Below, in pieces: positions 52,505 through 64,000 of a stretch of 64,000 nucleotides of DNA (within the stretch, counting starts at the first letter, position 1; the number at the start of each line of letters is the position of its first letter). Origin of the DNA: Protoeuglena noctilucae (lineage: Eukaryota). The position numbers were made by a program, and so were the translations under genes. Below the pieces are notes generated by a model. It worked only from the letters and a program-made list of their open reading frames with translations. It was not told where the DNA came from and ran no database searches. The DNA lies in contig OY253673.1 in the NCBI GenBank assembly GCA_958009085.1, forward strand, positions 682,001 through 746,000, written 5' to 3'.

Positions 52505-55500
52505 TCAGTTGGCTAACTTGGCCGCGATTCCTTCCCGCTCGCCGGCCGGTCCCATCCCGGCCCCGCCCGTGCCGGGCCGGGCCACGAGCTCATCCACGGA
52601 CGACAGCGCCCGGCCCTCCCCCTGCCCCTGCTTGGACCTGGAGTTCTTGCGCGTCGAGCCGGGGGAGGCCGAGAGGGACGCCCGCGACTGGTCGATCGAC
52701 ATTGTGAAGTCCGTGCCGCCCAGGCTCTCGGGCATGTCGTCCAGGAGGGGGCTGAAGCGGTAGCACGTCATGACCCCCTTGCCCTTGACCTCCACCACGT
52801 GCCGGCGGCGGGCGAAGATGCTCTGGTACGCGGGGGACAGCTCACGGTACGTGTCCTGGGTAGAAAGGAGCGGGGGCGATGGTGGTGGTGGTGGTGGTGG
52901 TGGTGGTGGTGGTGGTGGGTAGAGGTGCGCCAGGCCAGGCAGGCAGGACCGGAGAGGCCATGGAGCAGATGGGAGAGCATTGGACGGTATCCAGGCAGCA
53001 CTGGCGGGTACTGCTGTGCCAGAGCGGCGCTGGTGGGCTGGCAAGTGCGCGTGACGCCCCGCATGCCCCTCGCGCCCCTCGCCTCGGATATCTGGATGGT
53101 GTTGGCCTCCGAGGTGCTCTCCATGCGAGACGCTACGTTGACGCTGTCGCCCAGCAGGGTGAACTTCTTCCGCACCAGCCCCACGACCCCAGACATAACG
53201 GCCCCTGTGTGCACCCCGACGCGCACCGCCAGGGGCACCCCGTCCGGCTGCGGGGTGGGGAGCGCCAGCGCGTGAGGGTGCCAGGTGGGCCGCGGCACGC
53301 TGCATTACCCCTCCCTGCCTTGTCATATGTCGCCTCGAAGCAAGGGCGGACGTAGACCGCACCATGACGGGGCCCATAGCGCCGTGCGGCGCGACATCCG
53401 TAGTACTACAACGGACTCTCCCACCGCTGCCGCGTCTCTCGCCTGCATCATCGTGACGGCCTCGGCGACGGCCCGGATGGCATAGTCGACAACGCGCGTG
53501 GCGTGGCCAGGCTGGCCGTCCAGGCCGTCCAGCGCGATGTAGCAGTCGCCGACCGTGTCGAGCTTGTAGATGCGCATCTTCAGGCACATGCGGTCCAGCG
53601 TGCAGAAGAGCTCGTGCAGCATGTAGGTGATGCTCTGCGGGTCCACGCTCCCTGCGCAGGCACAAGGCGGGGCGCGGGTCACCGCGTGGCGTGGCGGGCA
53701 CCCGCGGTGACCAGAAGGTACGGCCGAGGCAGGGGAGGGGGGCTCGCCAATGTGCAGGGAGGGCGGCGGTGGAAGAAGAGCCCGCTGTGCAAACGGTGCG
53801 CCATTCAGCAGGGGTGCGGCGTGCAAGGGTGCGCCAATCAGCAGGGGCGCGGTGTGCAAGGGTGCGCCAATCAGCAGGGGTGCGGTGTGCAAGGGTGAGC
53901 CAATCAGCAGGGGCGCGGTGTGCAACGGTGAGCCAATCAGCAAGAGTGCGCCCGGGCGGCTCTCGGCTCTCGGCTCTCACCCGACAGGCTTGTGAACTCG
54001 ACGACATCCATGAACATGATGGTGCACGCGGGCGCGAACTTCTGGTGCGGGAGTCGGCGGGCGTGGGATCGGAACTCGATCACGTCGTCCCGCCCCGTCC
54101 TAAGCAGCTTCGACACGTACGAGTGCACGCTGCTGCGGCCCAGGGCCAGCGCCACGTCCTGCGGGGGTCACCCGAAAGCCGCGTCGTTTCGCAAAGAAGC
54201 ACATCGAGACAGAGATGGGGGGCTGTGGGCCGGTTGGGACGCTCCCATCGCAACTGAAGGTGGCGACTCGCCTTGGGGTAGAGGTCTCCGACGATGAGCT
54301 CCTGCTGCTGCTTGTTCTTGTGCAATAGGTACCCCATGCCGAAGTTGAGGAGGGCGAGGACGACGTTGAAGCCGGCGTTGAGGGGGTACTGGGGCGTGGC
54401 CCGCTGGGTCATGAACATGAGCTCGCGGTAGATGGTGCCCAGGAAGGCGAGCAGCATGAACCAGTTGGACTCCATGACGCTCGGGAGGATGGCGACGGAC
54501 ACGAACACCAGCAGCTGCGGGGGCGGGGGCACGCGGGGCGTCGACCTGTGCAGCGGGGCGTCACATCTACGGGCGGGCAGCACCGAGTCCCCGTCCGGGG
54601 GAGGTGAGGGAGGTGGAGTGGCGGTCACGCTGCGGTGCTCGCCGATCCCTCACCATGCTGCAGTACTGGAGGGTGTGGTTGCCCCCGATGACGGCCGCGG
54701 CCACGTCCGGGAAGGCGCCCTTGTGGACCACGTCGACGCCCTCGACGACGATGGACGCGGCGAAGGAGATGAGGAGGTTGACGAGGGTGAGGACCGAGTC
54801 GTTGTGGTTGAAGAGGCTCAGGATCTGCAGGACGCCCATGTAGAGCGTCTGGGGCATGACGACCGAGTCGGGGACCGGGAAGGCCGACACGCGCATCTGG
54901 TAGACCGTGTTCACGGTCGCCAGGTTGGCCAGCGTGATGAGCACCCACGCGCGGGCGCGCGTCGGGCTCCGGCTGAGGATCAGCCAGGCCAGGGCTGCGG
55001 GCGGGGCGGGGCACGCGGGCTTCGCGGGCGCCTGGGCGGCGCGGCGGGCCGCGGGCGGGGTCGCGGCGACGCGGACGCACCCGAGACGAGGCCGTCGACG
55101 AAGAGGGAGAAGGCAGCGACCTGGCAGGCCCTCCGCGGGTCCAGGACGAGCGACGTGAAGATGAACCAGGGCGAGAACAAGAGGTCGACGGTGCCGTTGA
55201 GGAGGAGGCCGACCCACGCCTGCTCCGGAGCGATCGTCGTGGGCCGCGAGGGGACCGCCGGGCGCTCCGCGATCGCCTCCTCCACCTCCTCCGGGTGCGC
55301 CAGGCCCATGATCTGTTTGAGCTTCTTCAAACGCTCCCCGTCCCGGCTGTTGCGCACGCGCTTGACGCGAAAGATGTAGTGCTCCGGGTCGGCTGGACCG
55401 TACTCCGACCCGTCCTCGCTGCTGCGCGCGGGCAGGGGACCAAGGGATCGCCCTCGCGCATCCCCGCGCCTCGTTGCGGGCGCGCAGGACCGGGCAGGAC

Positions 55501-55726
55501 CAAGTCCAGCTCATTACATACGAGACTCCGTCGCGTAGATGCAGGCGGGGCGGCGTGCGGCGCGGCCGGGGCGCCGGCGTCATGCGACAACATGACCACG
55601 ACGCCGCGGGCATCCGGGGGCCCCGGGACCGGCTTAAGCCCGTCGCCACGCGCGGGCTCACCTCATCCTCTCTGCCTGACTAGCCTGCTGCGGGTCCGAT
55701 TCCATGCTGTCCCTGAGAGGGACCAT
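52505..55726 (-). CDS. Membrane-bound class III adenylyl/guanylyl cyclase with a single catalytic domain
   Basis: Several hydrophobic TM segments, then [56 protein letters not shown]. The start (55726 or 55705) and the 3' end are tentative. Confidence 0.85.
52879..52918 (+). repeat. (TGG)n microsatellite in a cyclase intron
   Basis: About 13 TGG units. Confidence 0.95.
53786..53950 (+). repeat. 33-bp minisatellite (~5 copies) in a cyclase intron
   Basis: gtgcaagggtg(c/a)gccaatcagcagggg(c/t)gcggt repeated head-to-tail with no spacers. Confidence 0.92.
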
Positions 55727-56328
55727 TTTCGACGAAACGCCGCTCGCGGAGCGCACCCCGGGCCGCTTGCGCAGAGCGGGGCGCCCTTCATCTGCAAACA
55801 TGAAAGACCGGCAAGTGTGATCGGCTTTGCCGCGTTCTTTCACCCTTGTAGGCCTGTCTCGGTGTGGGAAGGCCCGTCCCCCTGCGAGAAACGGGCCGGC
55901 GTCACGGTCGCCGACTCCCATTGTCACAGAGGACCCGCGCACGCACCGAAAGCGGCGACGTCTTCCTCCATGGCGTTCGCGCGCCCCCAAGTTCGGTCCC
56001 GTGAGGGAGGCGAGCCCACGTTATGGACGCTATATCCACCGATCTATCTAGCAGCCACGAGGCAGGTCGGAAAGGCGAGGAGAAACGCCAAATTGGTTTG
56101 ACCTTGCAAGTGCCCCCCGTTGACCAGAGTTCTCGTGTGCTGATGGAGGGGAGGAGTAGAAAATGCTGTGATTCCTAGCGACTGTGTAGCTGCGCGGCGC
56201 GGGACGGGGCGCACAGGTCGCTCGTTTCTGACCAGTTTACAGTTTGGCCAAAGGCCCTCTTTCCGCGTCTCCCGCCACCTTCGTGACACTCTGGTTGTTT
56301 GGAGACTCGAGGAGGTTCCTCTGCAAGG

Positions 56329-59300
56329 ATGGTGAAGGCCAACGCAGAGGCCGTGAAGGTCGTGGTCCGATGCCGGCCGATGAACCAGAAGGAGCTGGAC
56401 GATGGGCGCAAGTCCATCGTCCAGATGAACCCGGCGACTGGGCTGGTGCAGGTCAACAACCCCGAGCCATCGGCGGGCGACGAGGGCGTCAAGAAGTTCA
56501 CCTTTGACAAGGTCTTCGCCCCCGACGTGAGTTTGTGAGCGGCGTTCTTTAAGTGGAGCGCTGCGCTGTGGTCTTTAAGTGGAGCGCTGGTGTGTTCTTC
56601 AAGTAGAGCGCTGCGCGTGGAGCGCTGCGCCCGCCCCCGCGGCAAGGATCCCCGTCACATGCGCACGGGCGTGGGGTGCGCCGGCGCCCCGATGCAGGGC
56701 GCAGGTGACCGTGCCTGACCGTACGAATGCAGGGATTTGTCCTCTTATCGGCATGCAGTGCACCCAGTACGCCATCTTCGAGGAGGTGGCCAAGGCGCAG
56801 GTGGACGCGTGCATTCAGGGCTACAACGCGACCATCTTCGCCTACGGGCAGACGGGGACGGGCAAGACGTACACAATGGAGGTGAGAGCTTGCTCGGCGG
56901 CGATCTCCCTGGCCAAGCGTGCACCAGGCGCGGCTCGCAGGGCAGAAAAGAGCCGCCGCCGCTGCTTTTCGCAGGGAAAGGGGGACAAGGAGACCCAGGG
57001 CGTGATTCCGAACGCATTCGAGCATATCTTTGAGTCTCTGAAGGCCGATATGTCCGGGCGCGAGTACCTCGTGAAGGCGAGGGCACCGCAGAGCGCGCCC
57101 CTGGCCTGCCGCGCCGTATCCCTCCGCGAGACCCGCCCCGTTCGCATCCCCAGGTGTCGTATCTAGAAATCTACAACGAGGAGGTCCGCGATATGCTCGG
57201 CAAGGACCCCAAGGCCCAGCTCAAGCTGCGGGAGGACCAGAGCGGGGGCACGTATGCGGACGGGCTGAGCAAGTTCGTGGCGAGCAGCGCGGCGGACATG
57301 TTTAAGTTCCTCGAGATCGGCCGCAAGAACCGCGCGGTGGGCGCCACGGCCATGAACGCGGGCTCCTCGCGCTCGCACTCCATCTTCACGATCCAGGTGG
57401 CCTCGTCGGAGGTGGACGAGCGGGGCAACGAGCTGTCCCGCGTGGGGAAGCTCAACCTGGTGGACCTGGCCGGCTCCGAGCGCGCGGCCAAGACGGGCGC
57501 CACGGGCGAGCGCTTCACCGAGGGCGTCAAGGTGAGGGAGGCGGCGGCGACCGTGCAACGGACTAGATGGGCCTGCAGCCCCTTTCCCCGGATAGCAGCC
57601 CGCGCACACTGACCAGCGCTGTAATGAATGCTGTCCATGTGTCAGCTGCACCCCCTTGCCTCCTCGTTACGCAGATCAACATGTCCCTCACCGCCCTCGG
57701 AAACGTCATCAGGTGACGGGGCAGCAGGGACGAGGGAGCTAGCTTGAACTAGGTTAAGGGGTCCGTGCCTGCCAGCGCTCCGTCTCATGCAGCTCCCAGC
57801 TCCACGCAGCGCCCCACAGTCACCAGCACCCATGCCGCACCGGGCCCCGCATCGCACCCATCCCCGCCCCCGCCCCCGCAGTGCCCTGGTCGACGGGAAG
57901 AAGCACATCCCCTACCGCGACTCGAAGCTCACGCGGCTGCTCCAGGACAGCCTGGGCGGCAACAGCCGTACGGTCATGTTCGCGATGACGGGGCCGGCGG
58001 ACTGGAACTACGATGAGACGGTGTCTACGCTGAGGTACGCCGATCGTGCTAAGCGCATCAAGAACAAGCCGACGATCAACGAGGACCCGCGGGACCAGGC
58101 CATCCGGGAGTACCAGGAGGAGATCCAGCAGCTGCGGTGAGCGGCAGGGGGGGTTGGGATGGTTGGGTCGGGCGTGGTGTGGTGTGGGTGGTGTGGTGGG
58201 GAATGACGACCACTGCGTTCCTTCCCCAGTGCCACTGCTTGCCATTACTGGGACTGTCCACTGCTCACTCACTCACTCACTCACTCACTCATTCACTCAC
58301 TCACTCACTCATTCACTCACTCACTCACTCACTCACTCACTCACTCACTCACTCACTCACACTCACTCACTCACTCACTCACTGCTTCACCTCTCTTCTG
58401 AATGGCCTCAGGGAGGCCTTGGCGCAACTCAAGGCCGCGGGTGGCGGCGACGGCGCCACCGCGGGCGGCAAGCGCTCGGCCTTCATCCTCCCGATCCCCC
58501 TGCGCATCCCCCGCGTGACGCCCGCTCCGGCGCAGCAGGCGCAGGGCACACAGAGCGACGCCGCCACGGAAGAGGCAGGCGATGCGGCGGCCGGCGGCGC
58601 GGGTGGCACCAAGGTCCTGAAGGTGCCCATCCCGGTGCCAGTGCGGATCCAGGGACAGACAATGCAGACCGAGGCGGCGCCTGAGCCCGCCCCGGCCGAC
58701 CCCGCGTTGGTCGCCAAGGCCGAGCGTGCTGACCAGCTCTCGGAGGAGCTCGTGCAGACGGCCAAGAAGGCGGACGAGCTGTCCAGCAAGGCGAGTTTTG
58801 ATGTCAGCTACTGTTCGGGAGCCCGCGCCACGTGCAGGACCCTGCTAGGCTGTCCCTGCCTCAGCCATCACCTGGCTTTCACCAACCACCCCACGGTGCC
58901 GTCCCTGCCTCAGCCATCGCCTGGCTCAAGCAATAGCAACAAGTCACCCCGCCGTGCCGTCCCTGCCCTCAGGTGGCGGACCTGTCCCACGACGTCCTGG
59001 AAGCCAATCGCCGTGCAGAGGAGCTCGCGAGGGGCAACTCGGACCTCGGGGCCCAGGCGGAGGCAGCAAGGGAGAGGCTCAAGGCCACAGAGGAGGCGCT
59101 GGTCGCAGCGAGGGAGGCGATGCGGCAGGCGCGCGACGTGGCAGGGAAGGCCCAGCAGGAGGCCCTGCAGCTCAAGGCCGAGGCAATGGCGCTCAAGATC
59201 GCGGCCGAGCGCGCGCAGCAGGTCGCGCGGCGCGCACAGGACGTGGCGCGCGCCGCACAGCACGTGGCCAAGAAGCGCCCGCCCCGGGTGCGGTTCGTGG

Positions 59301-59779
59301 AGTTCTACCACGGATGGTCGTCCTTCCAGCGCTTCTGGTTCAAGCTCTGCTTCACGGGGTGCAGTGAGTCGCAGCGCGCCGTGGCAGCGGCAGCGGCCCA
59401 CTGTAGGGCCAGGCATGGCACCGTCGCACAAAGCATGGCACACGTGTCGGGCTGCGTCAAGGAGGGTCAAGTGTACATCTCGAGACCTCATCCTGCGCCC
59501 GCCCCCGCACCCGCAGTGCCCGAGATCACCCCCCGCCGCCACCCGATGCGCCCGCCGCGCCCGGCGGACGCCAAGCGGACCGAGGAGGCGGCGCGGTACC
59601 TGCAGAGCTTCTTTGCCATGCCCGAGGACCCCAACATCCCCGACGACATCAACGACCCGAAGAAGGCCGAGCAGCGCGAGCGTCGCCTCAACGCGTCCAC
59701 CAGCGTCACCGCCGACCGCACACTCGACCCGGAGGCAGACACGGTGCCCTTCGTGTGGCAGGTGTTCCACAGCATGTGA
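56329..59779 (+). CDS. Kinesin-2 family (KIF3/FLA10-like) motor protein
   Basis: [83 protein letters not shown], neck [26 protein letters not shown] (kinesin-2 type). Confidence 0.9.
58264..58382 (+). repeat. (CACT)n tetranucleotide microsatellite in a kinesin intron
   Basis: About 30 CACT/CATT units. Confidence 0.95.
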
Positions 59780-60225
59780 TGAAGGGGTCCATGGCGACAC
59801 GGTGCTGCTTGTGTGGAAGGTGTTTCAAAGCGCTTTCTGTGACGTGATGCATGTGACGCGGCCCTGCCATCGCCAGCTTGTTGTGTTTCTGTCTGCTCAG
59901 CCACCGGTGCCCCGCTGCGCCGTACTCGTCTCAGCTCAGCGCCCACAACCCCACGCTACTTAGGTGCCAGCGTTGATTGACACTTGTGTGTTTTGATACA
60001 TGTGTGTCTGTAGGCCAGCTCCTGACCCTGTCCAGTGCCGTTGAAGGCGCGTCCCGTTCAGGAAAGCTCGTTACGCAGCCATACAGTCATGCAGTAGCCA
60101 AGACCCCGCGACACGAGGGTGATAACAGCACCCGTCCCAAGAGAGCCGACCGTGGTACGACCACTGGCTATGGTGCACTGTGATCTGCCACAGCGTCTTG
60201 GTAGCTCCCATGCGTGTTGGCTGTC

Positions 60226-60978
60226 TCACACGTAATAGGTGTGCTTGGACTTTTTCTTGGCCTGCACCTGGGTGATGCCCTCCACGAAGTCCTCGTGGTT
60301 CACCACCTCCGCGTCCCTGCAAGTGACGAGAGAGGGGTCACGTGGGATCCATGACACCAACCCCCCTGCACCAACCCCAGCGTATCGCCACATGCCCCGC
60401 TGGCTCAGACCCTCGCAGTTCGTGTGGCCCAAAGCGACGCAACACACAGCACCGCATGCCCCAGCCAAGGCGCCTCGTGTGACATGATCCCAGTCGCCAC
60501 GCCCCAACACAACACAGCACCCCATGCAAGTAAGCATCACTTACCAAGACACCACTTAAAACCTACAGCACAACCCCACCCCCGCCACGCAACATGCAAG
60601 CACCACTCCGCCCCCTCACCTCCTCAGCGCGAGCATCCCCGCCTCCACGCACACCGCCTTGAGCATGGCCGCGTTGAAGTCGTCCGTGGACCGCGCCAGC
60701 TCCTCGTAGTTGACGTCTCCCGACACATTCATCTTGCGCGCGTGGATCTTGAGGATCTTGGCCCGGGAATCTTCGTTGGGGTGCGGGAACTCGACCTTGC
60801 GGTCCAGCCGCCCCGACCGCACCAGCGCGGGGTCCAGGATGTCCGGTCGGTTGGTGGCCGCGATGATCTTGACGGCGTCGGTCGAGCTGAAGCCGTCCAG
60901 CTGGGAGAGCAGCTCGAGCATCGTGCGCTGCACCTCGCGGTCGCCGGAGAGGTCGCTGTCGAAGCGCTTGGTGCCGAT

Positions 60979-61011
<33 letters not shown>

Positions 61012-62841
61012 GGCCTTCTCCTGGGGTGGGGTGAGTGAGCGGGGTGAGTGGGGGTTGAGTGAGCAGGGGAGTGGGTGAGGGCAGTGCGGCAAGCGGTGGG
61101 GTGAGTGCAGGTGAGGAGTGGGGCAAGCTGTTGAGGGTTCGCAGTGGGGCATGCTGCACACAAATGCGATGGCAAGACACGGTCGGCGTTTGTTCCAAAC
61201 GACAGCGCCCGCCGGGTCCCATGCGCACGCGTCACGCCACCACAAGGTGGGGCAAAATCCCACCTTGGCCAGCGCAAAGGCGTCCCGGACGAGCTTGGCG
61301 CCGTCCCCGATGAACATCTGCACGAGCTGCGGCCCGGCCAGCTTGAGGAAAGTGCAGTTGGTCTCGGCGGCGATGGCACGGGCGATGAGGGTCTTCCCCA
61401 CTCCGGGGGGTCCGTACAGGAGGCACCCCTTGGGCGCCTTGATCCCCAGCTTCTTGAACTTGTCCGCGTGCGTGATGGGCAGCGAGATGGCCTCCTTCAG
61501 CTCCTGCGATGCGGTGAGGGCAGGCGCGTGTGGGTGAGGGTAAGGCCCAGGTCACATGATGGGGAGCGAGATGGCCTCCACCACAACGCCCTCCCATCGC
61601 TCGCCGCCTGCCCGCCTGCCACCATGGCACCCACATGCATGCACAACCACACCAATCACACAACCACCCACCCAGCCAACCACCCACAATCAACTCACCT
61701 GGATCTGCTTGTCGAGCCCCCCCACGTCGATGAACGTCTCCTTGGGCTTCTCGTCCACCTCCATGGCCTTCACCCTCGAGTCATACTCGGCGGGCAGCTT
61801 GTCGAGCACCAGGTACGAGTCCTTGTTCACGCCCACCAGGTCGCCGGGCTTCAGGTCCTGCTGGCAAGGGACCGGGGGTGAGAGCGGGTGAGGGCGGGTG
61901 GGTCAGGGCAGGGTGAGGGAGGCGACAGCAGGTGAGAGCGGAGGCGGTGACGATGGCGGGCGAGGGCGGAGGGTGTGATGAGGGCAAGGTGCCCTGCGAC
62001 GAGGCCCACCATACATGATGTGTCATTTTCATTTTCCCTATATATCTCCTTATCCACTCGCCTTGGGGTCCACGAGGCCCACCACGGGCAGGAAGACCGT
62101 CTGCCGGGTGGAGGTCTTGAGCACGACCGCCTTGCCCTTCCTCTGCGCGTCCAGGTCGATTGCCCCGCCGTCCTCGTCCTCCTCCGGGTCCATGTCCAGA
62201 ATCTCCACGATGTTCCCCACCAGATAAGGCAGCTGGTTGTTCAGCTTGATCTTCTCCTTGTTCTCCTTCACTCGATGGTCCAGGCCCTTCAGGTCGTGCT
62301 CCAAGCGCTTGCCCTCGTCCTGCCAAATCCGTAACTCGTTCTGCGAAGCGGGAGGCAAGCCGGTCCGGCGACGCGGGGCGCCAGGAAAGCGCAGGGAGCG
62401 CGGACACGGATGCAGAGAGCCCTGCGGCGGGCCAAGGCCACGGCAGCGGAAACGAGGGCCGCGATGCGCACAGGGGGCAGTATCGGAGCACTGCAGGGAC
62501 CGCGGCTCGCGTGCCCTTCCACAGCGGGCGCGGCAGGGTCCCCGAGACGCTTCGCACGAGGGACGCAGCGCGCAGGGCCGCCGCGGGGGCGCGAGTGCCA
62601 CCCTGTCCGCAGATCTCCACTATGATGACTTCCACGAGCGGCGCAGGTTTGGCGCGCAGGTACCCCACGGCCCCTGGTTCCCATTCACGACATTGAAAAC
62701 CTGCCCCTGGCCCCGTCCCCGCCAGATCTACTTCCTCACTTGCAAAAGCCTCGTCCTCCTCTCAATGTCCTCCACGGACATGGTCGTGAATTCCTCAGGG
62801 AGCTCATCCTGCCCCTCAAACACCGCCTGCTCGATGTCCAT
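60226..62841 (-). CDS. RPT5: 26S proteasome AAA-ATPase subunit RPT5 (6A)
   Basis: [38 protein letters not shown], Walker [47 protein letters not shown]-terminal HbYX motif YYV. Confidence 0.96.
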
Positions 62842-63364
62842 CCCCGCGTCCCCCAATGCCGATGGGCGCCGCCCCGCGGATAGTCTGGGCCGACCTAGGC
62901 CACTGTACGTGTATACTCCACGGCCGGCGGCACTCGAACCGTGGTTCTTGGAGATTTACAGACCTAGGGACCGCAGAAAACCATCAATGGTCGCGTGGGC
63001 TCGTCAGCTGCGTCGTCATAGAGAGCAGTATGCGAGAGGATCTCGAGAAACGCGACTCAGGACGGCCCAGGCGACCTCTGACACCGCGCGTCGCCAGTCG
63101 GGTCGCGTTGCGCCCACAAATGGCCCGCGGGTGGACCTGGCTGCCAGCAAACCGCACGGCTCGTTTCGCGGCTTCCTGGCCGCGCCCCTTACGGCTGCTC
63201 GCGGCCGCCGCAGGGGGTGGGTAGCGCAGCGCAGGCAGCCACCTGGCCATCTGTGGGAGAAGAAGTCCAAGGTTGCAGTCCCGTTTGCATGCATCCGCTT
63301 GTGGGTGCTCCGGGTGGGCAGAGGTGCATCCAGAACTCCCCTGCGCGCGGATCTGGCCATCAAG

Positions 63365-64000
63365 ATGGAAGCAAAGCCAGCCGCCAAGGCCCTGGCGGTG
63401 CCGCTCCTGTCAGAGCACGAGTCGTCCGCGATTATCAAAGCACTGCAATCGGGCCGCGAGAAGGCAAGCGTCCCCCGCGGCCTGCGCGCGGCGCTGACAG
63501 CACTCTCCAACGCGGACAGCCATCCTGCCCCCCGCGCACCGCAGCCCCTCCGCGACGCGGTTCGGGACGCGCATGACGTCATCGCGGGCAGAGGCTACCA
63601 TGTGATGTGCATGGCGTTCGCGTTCCTCGCCTGCAATCTGCCGTCCCTTCGGTGACAACCCGCGCGATCCGCGCCGCAGCAGCCCGCGTGGCCCCGCAGC
63701 TCGCGCTGCCCTCGCCGCGAAGACCCTTATTCGCTTGCTTGCTTTCACCGCAGAGACCGGCTCTCGTGCACCTTCGCCCTGCATGCGCTCGCGTGCCAGG
63801 GCCCCGCCATCCAATCTTCCGGCGCCCAGAGGGCCAGCGGCCCCCTCCCTGCGCCTTCCGTCCGCCCCATCTCCGCAACCGCATGGGACGCTCTGCTGAG
63901 CCTCATCAGCGACGCCAGGTAGGACCTGGGGACCAACCATGCTGTCCGCACCAGCCTAGGTGTGCTGCAAGAGGCCTCTCACGTGTCATTGACGCGTCTC
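63365..64000 (+). CDS. Possible CCR4-NOT subunit 11 (CNOT11)-like protein, 5' part; runs off the window
   Basis: Spliced N-terminus LLSEHESSAIIKAL..EK|PLRDAV..YHVMCMAFAFL..LR|DRLSCTFALH resembles the plant CNOT11 N-terminal helical pattern as I recall it; weak evidence. Confidence 0.4.

Noticed and set aside
52768..53355. Poly-His, poly-Trp and poly-Val proteins
   Set aside because: They are translations of an intronic (TGG)n microsatellite.
53786..53950. 33-bp repeats as a CRISPR-like array
   Set aside because: The units are contiguous with no unique spacers, lie inside a spliceosomal intron and have no cas genes nearby; this is a minisatellite.

Overview
This is GC-rich, intron-dense eukaryotic nuclear DNA, most consistent with a flagellated green alga (WRC domain, plastid-type alanyl-tRNA synthetase and cysteine synthase, plant-type RING-less MAT1, kinesin-2). 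About 18 host genes are tightly packed, mostly in head-to-head pairs: an LSD1-like amine oxidase with WRC and CW zinc fingers, RPL17, organellar AlaRS, malic enzyme, MAT1, MCM2, a tandem cNMP-binding protein, NBS1, cysteine synthase, TOM7, UBC9, a membrane class III cyclase, kinesin-2, RPT5, a possible CNOT11 and several unknowns. The main accessory feature is an apparently intact ~5.6 kb DNA transposon (~16015-21605) with terminal inverted repeats and subterminal GGGATCA arrays. It encodes a spliced Plavaka/CACTA-like DDE transposase and sits in the last coding exon of AlaRS, replacing its C-terminal residues. Other signals are very frequent GC-AG introns (20+ phase-consistent GC donors), a candidate bicistronic MAT1 locus and recurrent duplication of splice-donor junctions. 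Gene models were assembled by eye, so exon boundaries and starts are approximate, and product calls rest on recognised motifs rather than database searches.
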